DNA of 18,439 bases from a bacterium (GTDB lineage: Bacteria > SZUA-182 > DTGQ01 > JAFGSM01), in contig JBLIRO010000088.1 of assembly GCA_049472335.1 (NCBI GenBank), positions 1-18,439 of the forward strand, read 5' to 3'. Both the position numbers and the translations under genes were made by a program. This document shows positions 8,667-16,234 of this stretch, in pieces. The notes below the pieces were generated by a model. It was not told the DNA's origin. It worked only from the letters and a program-made list of their open reading frames with translations, and did not search any database. Each line of letters opens with the position of its first letter. Position 1 is the stretch's first letter.

Positions 8667-9740
8667 ATGCGTTCATATAGAATTTTGTTCTTTCTTCTCT
8701 TCATAGCTGTTATAGCTTCAACAAATGTACAAGCTGAAAAGATATATATAACAGAAAAAAAGGTAAACATAAGAACAGGACCCGATACGACTTATGATAT
8801 TTTAGGAACAGCAAGACAGGATGATTATTTTGAACGTATAGAAAATCTTAATAGCTGGTCGCAAATAATACTTCCGGATGGAAAAACAGGGTGGATTTCT
8901 GATCAATTTATCTCATTGAAAAAGCCAAATGCACTACCTGATAAAATATATGTAATAGCCAAAGCTGTAAACATCCGGGTAGGGCCTGGTATCAATTATA
9001 ATAAGATTGCAGAAGTAAAGGAGAATGATGAATTAGAACCCATAAAAATTTTGAATGGTTGGATCAGGGTCATACTTCCTGATGGAGACACAGGTTGGAT
9101 ATCTGAAAAATATATTTCATTAAATGAAAAAAACAAAATAGTAGAAAAGGTATATGTCACCGGCCAAACTGTAAACATCCGGGTAGGGCCTGGTATCAAT
9201 TATAATAAAATACTTGAGGTTAAGGAAGACGATGAATTAGAGCGTATTAAAAGTCAGAATGGCTGGGCACAAATAAGGCTTCAAAGTGGACAAACAGGCT
9301 GGATTTCTGAGAAATTCATCTCAAAATATAACGATGGATTTGTTTATTCGGATTCTGTTTTACAGTTTAGATCCTTTAAATGGGGATCCACAAAATCCCA
9401 GGTCCTTAGACAATTAAAAGAAGAAGGATATTCATTTACATTGGATAATAATGAAATAATTGCTTTTTTGAAGGAGTTGTTCGGCCATGAGTGCCAAGTA
9501 TGTTTTCATTTTACACCAAATTCCAGGCAATTGTTTATGATAGAATTGCTCTGGCCCCAGATAGACATTTCTGAGAGAGCAAAGCGTATATTGGTCTACA
9601 AATATGGAGTCCCAAACCAAAAGGATGAAAAAACGGGGGATCTTATTTGGGTAGACGGAGATATATCTCTAAAATTAGATACAGATTTAAAAGACACAAA
9701 AATTTATTATACCCATTCCAAATTGTCACAGATTCTCTAA
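8667..9740 (+). CDS. Secreted protein with three bacterial SH3 (SH3b) domains and an unassigned C-terminal domain
   Basis: ATG 8667 behind GGAGG (ORF track start 8655); signal peptide ending VQA; three repeats of VNIRxGP...W..I.L..G.TGWIS. Confidence 0.88.
   Translation: MRSYRILFFLLFIAVIASTNVQAEKIYITEKKVNIRTGPDTTYDILGTARQDDYFERIENLNSWSQIILPDGKTGWISDQFISLKKPNALPDKIYVIAKAVNIRVGPGINYNKIAEVKENDELEPIKILNGWIRVILPDGDTGWISEKYISLNEKNKIVEKVYVTGQTVNIRVGPGINYNKILEVKEDDELERIKSQNGWAQIRLQSGQTGWISEKFISKYNDGFVYSDSVLQFRSFKWGSTKSQVLRQLKEEGYSFTLDNNEIIAFLKELFGHECQVCFHFTPNSRQLFMIELLWPQIDISERAKRILVYKYGVPNQKDEKTGDLIWVDGDISLKLDTDLKDTKIYYTHSKLSQIL
8965..9208 (+). repeat. Perfect 40-bp direct repeat inside SH3b domains 2 and 3
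   Basis: CTGTAAACATCCGGGTAGGGCCTGGTATCAATTATAATAA at 8965-9004 and 9169-9208 (204-bp period). Confidence 0.95.
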
Positions 9741-10083
9741 CGCTAGAAAAATATAGATATAAACCAATAAGCTGCAGATAATATAACTATTCTCTAATAA
9801 TAACCGTTAATTCTGACGGACAAAATCAGATAGCCGTATGATAGTCAATCCAAATTACAACATTTGTGTGTAAATGTTTGCATGAAAAATAGCTATATGA
9901 AAAAAAATACATATAAAATTGATTAATCTATAATTAATGTGATTAATATTATATAAAAATATTTTATTTTTGGATATTTTCCATTTTTTCCCCAAGTATG
10001 ATTTTTGCTCTTTAACTGAAAAAACTTAAACAGAATGCTGAATCTTTTCATTTGTAGTTAATTTGACTTTTTGGGGAGAAGAC

Positions 10084-10383
10084 ATGACCGAACGAATTCT
10101 CAAGCTGAAATTAAATAGATGCTATGAGAAAATTTCAATCTTGCTCGTAGCCATTTTATTTTCAGTGATTCTCACAGCTCGGATATTGGTTCCAGTGTTA
10201 AAAAAGGCCCAGGAGAGTTTAAAGGTACAGGAAAAGTTAACACTGCAAGTAACAGAAAAGTCAGCAATGATAGAAAAGACTGAGGATAATTTTGGTTTGA
10301 AGCCCCCAACAGCGGAAAAAGAAACATTTATTCATTATGTTAATTGCATAAGGGGATGGGGGAAAAGTCTCGTCAAGGACTAA
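10084..10383 (+). CDS. Hypothetical single-pass membrane protein
   Basis: GGGGAG RBS before ATG 10084; one hydrophobic segment (ISILLVAILFSVILTARILVPVL) followed by a polar helical region. Confidence 0.5.
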   Translation: MTERILKLKLNRCYEKISILLVAILFSVILTARILVPVLKKAQESLKVQEKLTLQVTEKSAMIEKTEDNFGLKPPTAEKETFIHYVNCIRGWGKSLVKD

Positions 10384-10515
10384 AATTTGTGTATAGCAGA
10401 TATTGTTTTAATAATTTTTAATATATTTGTTAAAACGATGGCCTGTTATTAATAAGGGCTCTTGACTTTAATCTATTTTAAGCAGCTTGTATTTTAAATG
10501 CTGGGAGGATGGATC

Positions 10516-11160
10516 ATGTTTAAAAAAATCATTTTTTGTGTGTGTCTGTTCTTTGTTGTTTCAATTTTTATTATCGATTCGGCATATGCTCTTGGTCTTG
10601 GTTTTAATCCATCTGCTCAAACCGTGGCCCTCGGGGATAATGCTACTGTTGAAATAACAATAGATACTTTCGGATTTGGGTTACTAAGCGGATATGATCT
10701 TTTAATAGACTATGATCCTTTTATTTTGAATATTGAAAATAATGATATCAGTTTAAATACTATATTGGAAGGGGTGGTTGTTTATTCCTCGGAAATTGAA
10801 GTAGATCCTAATTCCGGAACAATTTATCTTTCTGTCCTGTATGATTATTGTTCTGATGAGGTAATAGAGCAACCGGAATTTTTAAGTCTGGCCACATTAG
10901 ATTTTTTCGCTTCGGAAGAGGGCACAAGCGACTTGGAATTTTTATCCGTTACCTTATATGATGATTTTTTATGGGCAAGTTTATCTTATGATATTACTAA
11001 TCCGGATGCCTTAGCCGAAATAACCACAAATGGAGAGATTACTATTGCTTTCTGCCCGCCCCCTGATCCTCCTAGTGCTACTCCTGAGCCGTCAACTCTC
11101 ATCTTGTTGGGATTATCATCTTTAATAGGATTGGGTTATTCTAAAAGGAAAAAGGTTTAA
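10516..11160 (+). CDS. PEP-CTERM surface protein with cohesin-like beta-sandwich domain
   Basis: GGAGG RBS and ATG 10516; signal peptide ending AYA; cohesin-like pattern (FNPSAQTVALGD...YDLLIDYDP...LATLDF...GTSDLEF); C-terminus TPEPSTLILLGLSSLIGLGYSKRKKV. Confidence 0.9.
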   Translation: MFKKIIFCVCLFFVVSIFIIDSAYALGLGFNPSAQTVALGDNATVEITIDTFGFGLLSGYDLLIDYDPFILNIENNDISLNTILEGVVVYSSEIEVDPNSGTIYLSVLYDYCSDEVIEQPEFLSLATLDFFASEEGTSDLEFLSVTLYDDFLWASLSYDITNPDALAEITTNGEITIAFCPPPDPPSATPEPSTLILLGLSSLIGLGYSKRKKV

Positions 11161-11186
11161 TTATTTTTTTACTCAGGTATGAATTA

Positions 11187-11301
11187 AGGAGGCTGTTCGA
11201 TAAATCAACTGAGACTTAAAAATAAAAAATTTACACTGTATGGATTAGATCAAAGATGATTTATAATTTTATGTTGGGTCCTCGTTGTCGAACAGCCTCC
11301 T
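11187..11301. mobile_element. MITE-like non-autonomous element (115 bp) flanked by TA
   Basis: Left TAAGGAGGCTGTTCGATAA (11185-11203) versus reverse complement of right 11285-11303 TAAGGAGGCTGTTCGACAA: 18/19 identical. Non-coding AT-rich core. Confidence 0.7.
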
Positions 11302-11396
11302 TACACCGTTTTAAATGAGAGAAAGGCGCGAAGATTTTTATAAATAATAAATTAAAGTCTATTTTTTTTATCCTCTTCTTTTTTGTCCTGCCCTGC

Positions 11397-11888
11397 TTGG
11401 CAATAGCTGATTATCCTGATGGATACTACGAAGTAGGAAGAATTATCGATGGAGATACATTTGAATTGATGGATGGTAAAAGGGTGAGACTAATAGGTAT
11501 TGATGCACCGGAAACATACGAATATTGCTCTAAGCATGCCAGGCAAAGACTTGTATCATTAATTTCCGGTAAAACCATATATATGGAAAAGGATGTTTCT
11601 GATACAGACCAGTTTCAAAGGCTTCTCAGATATATCCATGTTGGGGAGACCTTTGTAAACTTTATACTTGTTGACGAGGGTTATGCATGGGCCGTTACAT
11701 ATCCTCCTGATACAAAATATTCTTCACAGTTAGCCGATGCAGAAAAATCAGCAAGAGAAAATAATAGGGGATGCCTTTGGGACGGGCTTATCTGGGAGGA
11801 TTCCAGGGGGTATTTAGAGATTGGTTGTTTTATTGACATACAAACTAAGAAGGTTTTATCGATTTTTTATAAAAAGTTTACCGAATAG
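11397..11888 (+). CDS. Thermonuclease (staphylococcal nuclease family) with C-terminal GCFI motif
   Basis: IIDGDTF, VRLIGIDAPE, DQFQRLLRYI, LVDEGYA, AEKSARENNRGCLW. The in-frame signal peptide extends upstream to about 11334 without ATG/GTG/TTG. Confidence 0.9.
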   Translation: MAIADYPDGYYEVGRIIDGDTFELMDGKRVRLIGIDAPETYEYCSKHARQRLVSLISGKTIYMEKDVSDTDQFQRLLRYIHVGETFVNFILVDEGYAWAVTYPPDTKYSSQLADAEKSARENNRGCLWDGLIWEDSRGYLEIGCFIDIQTKKVLSIFYKKFTE

Positions 11889-11963
11889 TTAATATGGATG
11901 TATATCCCTAAAGATATTAAACAAAGCCCCTGATAATGATCTTTAAATTTGAGGTGTTTTTCT

Positions 11964-12752
11964 GTGAGAGATACTTTTGTTTCTGGGATAAAAGAAGATA
12001 TAAAAGAAGGGATCGTTTTTAATAAAAAGAATAGAAATATGGATATAATAAATTTTAAAAATATTGATAAACGATTGATCGAGGTCTGGAAAGATGATTC
12101 ACTTGCTGCGGAACAATTTAGAATATTGAGGACTTATATTTTAAAGGCAGTCAAAAAAAACGAGTGTAAAATTTTTCTTATTTCCAGCGCGGTTCATAAT
12201 GAAGGGAAAAGTCTAACAGCAGCTAATTTGGCCATATCCGTGGCAAGGGGATTGGATGAATCAGTATTACTAATAGATGGTGATCTCAGAAAACCTAAAG
12301 TATCTTTAATGTTAGGTATTTCAAAAGAAACAAGGGGATTGGCCCAATATTTAATAGATGGTGGGGATTATATAAATTACGTAACAAAGTCATATATCCC
12401 TAAACTAAATTTAATTCCCCCTGGCCCTTCACCCCAAAATCCCTCAGAGCTTATAAACTCCAACCACATGGTCGATCTTATAAAACAGTTGAAAAATCAA
12501 TCCAATAACCAGATTGTTATAATAGATGCTCCACCATTAATCCCGGTGACTGATTCGATCATTTTATCATCCTTGGCAGATGCCATAATTATAGTCATTA
12601 AAGCATCTGAAACTCAGAGGGAAATAGTGAATGAGGCTATTGAAAAAATAGGAAACAAAAAAAAGATTCTTGGATTAGTCCTTAATGGATGTGAGTTTAG
12701 TAAATCCAGATATCATTATTATTATCATTATGTTAAAGACATGAAAGAGTAG
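11964..12752 (+). CDS. CpsD/CapB-family bacterial tyrosine autokinase (BY-kinase, cytoplasmic domain only)
   Basis: AEQFRILRT, Walker A SAVHNEGKS, Walker A' LIDGDLRKP, Walker B IIDAPP, Tyr cluster RYHYYYHY. Start uncertain: GTG 11964 behind GAGGTG, or ATG 12039. Confidence 0.92.
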   Translation: MRDTFVSGIKEDIKEGIVFNKKNRNMDIINFKNIDKRLIEVWKDDSLAAEQFRILRTYILKAVKKNECKIFLISSAVHNEGKSLTAANLAISVARGLDESVLLIDGDLRKPKVSLMLGISKETRGLAQYLIDGGDYINYVTKSYIPKLNLIPPGPSPQNPSELINSNHMVDLIKQLKNQSNNQIVIIDAPPLIPVTDSIILSSLADAIIIVIKASETQREIVNEAIEKIGNKKKILGLVLNGCEFSKSRYHYYYHYVKDMKE

Positions 12753-12827
12753 AATCCTCTTTTTGCCTTTTATAAGGTTTTCTATCAATTCTAACGAATT
12801 TTTATCCTATTGAAATCTTATGATTTA

Positions 12828-12853
12828 GCAGGTATAAATATGTTATAACCTGC
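12828..12853. terminator. Hairpin between convergent genes (possible bidirectional terminator)
   Basis: GCAGGT(ATAA)...(TTATA)ACCTGC inverted repeat; no clear U-tract. Confidence 0.35.
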
Positions 12854-12897
12854 GTATACTATGGCTTGTTAATAAATCAGTAATAGTAATAAACTTG

Positions 12898-14076
12898 TTA
12901 TATGATAGATATAATGAAAGATGCTATATTTCTTGTAAACATAAGTACTCGTGACAAAAATGGTAAAATCCTCATCAATATTCTGTTAAAAATGGAAAAT
13001 TGAGGTAAAAAAATACACAATAAGAGGACCTTCCCCGGACCAATATTTTTTTGATCTTTCATTTCATGGGCAGACTCATCTTCCTGCATTGCATCGCTGT
13101 ATGGATTTTTGTCGGAAATAATTTTCTGGTTATTTTTCCCATACTTCATAAAATCACCGATGCAACAGGATGACTCTGCGTCTGTAAAAACCGATTTCTC
13201 GTCTGCCTGGTTGACCGAAAGGATTTTTTCCTTAGAAAGCAATTCTTTCGCGTATTTCCTCAGAATGTCTTCTATATCCTTAGAAAGCAAGCCTTTTATA
13301 TAATTTCTGCAAGATTCTTCTCCTATCCTTCTTGAAATGTTCTCTAGGGCCTGGATACATTCCTGCGTTCCCAGTTTGTTGTGAATATCTTCAAGCACCT
13401 GAATAGGTTCTTGTTCGAAAATAAACTTTTTCACACACTTAATAACGAAAATGTTATAAGGGATCTGTTTGCCTTCTGTTTCTTCTTCAATCTCTTTCTC
13501 ATTAAAAAGCAATTTAATAAGCAATTCCTCTCCATAATTTTTCAGAGTATCCACAATATGCCGGCAAAGAAGCAAGAAATCACCACAATAATCACAGGCG
13601 AGCATATGTTCTTCAAAGGAAGCCAATATTTCCTCTCCGATATCGTATGCCAGGTAGTCGGCTATGAGCTTTTTAAATTCAGAGTGATCCAATCGAGTTT
13701 TTCTCTTAGAGGATTCATTGAGCTTTATTTCCCCTTTTTCCAAAATACCATAGCAAAGCTTTTTAAGGGCAATTTGCCTTAAAACATGGAAGCTGTAAAA
13801 ATAAAAGATGATATTTCTTCTTTGCTTGGGATTTTTCGTATCTTTCAATAAGATCTCATAGTCTATTTGCAAATATGGTTTTTGAGAGCAATAGCTCTGA
13901 CATAAAGCCAAAAGCTCATATTTGCTAAGTTCCTCCACGGATTGATAGATATAGTTGTTTAAATCTCTTGGATTTATCTCATATCGTTTCCTTTTATGAG
14001 ATTTTCTTCCCCGATCTTTCATAACAATAGACCCTGCCATTTTTTTGCCTTTAAAATCATCTTTTTCCCTTTCCAA
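12898..14076 (-). CDS. Anti-sigma-like protein with internal zf-HC2 (ZAS) zinc finger
   Basis: LDHSEFKKLIADYLAYDIGEEILASFEEHMLACDYC (HxxxCxxC); GGGAGGT RBS before TTG; hydrophobic C-terminus; directly downstream of a sigma-like gene. Confidence 0.72.
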   Translation of the reverse strand: MEREKDDFKGKKMAGSIVMKDRGRKSHKRKRYEINPRDLNNYIYQSVEELSKYELLALCQSYCSQKPYLQIDYEILLKDTKNPKQRRNIIFYFYSFHVLRQIALKKLCYGILEKGEIKLNESSKRKTRLDHSEFKKLIADYLAYDIGEEILASFEEHMLACDYCGDFLLLCRHIVDTLKNYGEELLIKLLFNEKEIEEETEGKQIPYNIFVIKCVKKFIFEQEPIQVLEDIHNKLGTQECIQALENISRRIGEESCRNYIKGLLSKDIEDILRKYAKELLSKEKILSVNQADEKSVFTDAESSCCIGDFMKYGKNNQKIISDKNPYSDAMQEDESAHEMKDQKNIGPGKVLLLCIFLPQFSIFNRILMRILPFLSRVLMFTRNIASFIISII

Positions 14077-14166
14077 TTCAATCTACCTCCCTATTATATA
14101 AATAATTTATAATAGTCCAAGAAATTTTTATAAAAATTTAATATTTTTTTAAAATTTTCAAACATT

Positions 14167-14176
14167 CCCCCCCCCC
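14167..14176. repeat. C10/G10 homopolymer tract
   Basis: Ten consecutive C in a very AT-rich intergenic spacer. Confidence 0.9.
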
Positions 14177-14234
14177 AGTAAATAATAGTCGAATAGAATA
14201 AATTTTTTTTGCAGGCAATTTTCCATGATCCATT

Positions 14235-15446
14235 TTAAATTAAAAATAGATGTTTAAGTTTAAATTTTTTGAAACCATTATCCTCGTCTTTTCCTTTGGA
14301 TGATTCCTCCTTGGAGCTTTGCTTCTCCTGATTATTTGTACCTTTTTCCATTTTTATGCCGTTTGCTCTTTTCTCATTATCTGTTTTATGATCCGGTTTA
14401 TTTTTTTTGTCAGGAGGCGCTGAGAATAAACGGCTGAGTTCCTGTTTCATAAGGCATCTGTCCCATTCGGTCAACCTTAATTTATATTGCATTCTAAGCT
14501 TCTCAATAGCCCTGTTTCTTTTACGGGTAAGGGTGCTCTGACTAAAGCTTTCCTGTGACCATAAATAAATATCGGCAATGATCTCCTTGCCCTTTTTCTC
14601 CTCGATAAACTCTTCGAAAATAATAAATTTTTCGATTGGCTCAAGTATTGGAAGGAGTTCGTTGAATACTATTTTCAGTAATTCTTTATTATAAATCGAA
14701 TCATCCAGATTGTCCGCATAATTTTTTGGAGCTTCTTGCGGCTTTCTATATGGATAATCCTCAGTTGATCGTCCAAATCTGTTAATGTCCCTGTTATATT
14801 GATCTTTCATCCTCCTTTGAATTATTGTATACAGATAAGAATAAAAATTTCTAATTTCCTTGCCTCTATTATCTTTTACCCCGTTTTTCTTTACCTGACA
14901 AAGAAATTCACTTATCACCTGCTTTGAAACCCTTATATGGTCTGAATCTAAGAAACTTGTATGAGATTTCACCTGGATTAGGATTAAAACATTTTTTTCA
15001 TAATCCAACAACTTTTTCTCAGCTTCTTTAGATCCCAAATAGACCTCTTGACAGACATTTTTTAAATGCTTATGAATAAACTCCTTGATATATTTATCAT
15101 CAAAGTATTTCTCGGTATGTTCTATGATTATTTCCCGAAGCTTTTCCCAGATTTGCGATGATTTAATATCTATACCTTTCCTTATCTTATCTGCAAAATC
15201 ATAAAGTGCCTCCGAGGCAATGTCTTTCGATTTGGGGAGTTTATCTTGAAATGCATGATAGAGTTTATGATTGGTGTGGTTGGTTAATTTGTCGTGTTTT
15301 ATTCGTTCTACGATCTCAACTGCTCTTGGTTTATAGAAATCAATAAACTCTTCTATATGGATCTTCCCTCCGTATTTAAGCCTTTGAAACCGAACAGGTA
15401 AACCTTCCTGCGAATCATTTGTGGAACTTCTTCCCTTCTTAATCAT
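14235..15446 (-). CDS. Divergent sigma70/ECF-like RNA polymerase sigma factor with N- and C-terminal extensions
   Basis: Region-2-like NFYSYLYTIIQRRMKDQYNR; region-4-like LEPIEKFIIFEEFIEEKKGKEII...SQSTLTRKRNRAIEKLR; adjacent ZAS gene. Confidence 0.65.
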   Translation of the reverse strand: MIKKGRSSTNDSQEGLPVRFQRLKYGGKIHIEEFIDFYKPRAVEIVERIKHDKLTNHTNHKLYHAFQDKLPKSKDIASEALYDFADKIRKGIDIKSSQIWEKLREIIIEHTEKYFDDKYIKEFIHKHLKNVCQEVYLGSKEAEKKLLDYEKNVLILIQVKSHTSFLDSDHIRVSKQVISEFLCQVKKNGVKDNRGKEIRNFYSYLYTIIQRRMKDQYNRDINRFGRSTEDYPYRKPQEAPKNYADNLDDSIYNKELLKIVFNELLPILEPIEKFIIFEEFIEEKKGKEIIADIYLWSQESFSQSTLTRKRNRAIEKLRMQYKLRLTEWDRCLMKQELSRLFSAPPDKKNKPDHKTDNEKRANGIKMEKGTNNQEKQSSKEESSKGKDEDNGFKKFKLKHLFLI

Positions 15447-15562
15447 CTAACTTTCCCCCTTCTATGATTCAAACTTTTAAAATTCAGATTTATAATTTTG
15501 TTTTCTTAAAACTTGTAAGGATTTTTTATTTTTAGTCTGTATTCATAAAATTTCACAAAAGC

Positions 15563-15636
15563 AACTCTATTTCCATAAAGATAATCCTGTCCGGATGGCA
15601 TCCATAGATAGAGTTTCAGCACGCCGAAGGGGCGTG
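15563..15636 (-). promoter_or_regulatory. Structured leader candidate (two hairpins) upstream of the sigma-like gene
   Basis: CACGCC/GGCGTG hairpin (15620-15636) and AACTCTAT/ATAGAGTT stem (15563-15570 / 15608-15615). TATAAT on the minus strand at 15647-15652. Confidence 0.4.
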
Positions 15637-16144
15637 AGTTAATATGATTATATAAGGTTTCTTTTACGATTTTATCTTTTTGAATTCAATTCCTCGAAGC
15701 TTTCATTGCTTAAATATTTTTTCAAAAAATATCCCGTGAATTGCTACGAGGAAGATTAATTTAAGACTGCTTTTTAATTTATTCTTTTTTCCCGCCTTAT
15801 AAATCTTAGTCGAATTTTCAGTGTTAGTTTTGCACAAATAAAAGTAATTAAAAGATAACCTTATTCGTTTTAAAATATATAAGCTTGATTTTAAAGATAT
15901 TTTTTCTTTATTAAAATAGACAAATCATTTCCATGAAAGCTTACAAATTCTTTGTGTGAAAATTAATTCTCCATTAAAAGACTCTTTACTAGAACTTTGA
16001 AACATTCGTCAATCTTTAATTTTATATCCGAAAAGGAAAATGAAAATCCCCTTTAAGGATTAAAACAAACAAAAAAATTTTAATTAATTTAATTCGCTTT
16101 CAGGTCTTCAACTGGCAAAAATAATAATTACAAGGAGGTGTCAA

Positions 16145-16234
16145 ATGGAAATGTTCGGATTAAGTATTTTTTTTATTTCATTATGTCTTATTTGTATTAG
16201 TATAGTAAATATACTTCCTTTTTCTTTACATTAA
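16145..16234 (+). CDS. Small hydrophobic peptide, 29 aa (MEMFGLSIFFISLCLICISIVNILPFSLH)
   Basis: Perfect SD AAGGAGGTG (16132-16140) just before ATG; one TM-length hydrophobic stretch; absent from the ORF track because it is short. Confidence 0.6.
   Translation: MEMFGLSIFFISLCLICISIVNILPFSLH

Noticed and set aside
8965..9208. Possible CRISPR or DGR template/variable repeat pair
   Set aside because: Only two copies, in-frame within a repeated protein domain, with no adenine-specific mismatches and no cas or reverse transcriptase genes in the window.
10384..10515. Sigma54 promoter expected upstream of a PEP-CTERM gene
   Set aside because: No convincing TGGCAC-N5-TTGC (GG-N10-GC) arrangement found.
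15563..15640. Hammerhead ribozyme, c-di-GMP riboswitch or retron msr/msd interpretation of the hairpins
   Set aside because: No CUGANGA core, no GEMM GCAAA/GNRA pattern, and no reverse transcriptase nearby.
15680..15762. Degenerate REP-like palindromic relic (TTCCTCGAAGC...GCTACGAGGAA)
   Set aside because: An imperfect inverted match is visible, but it is too decayed to assign without a genome-wide copy search.
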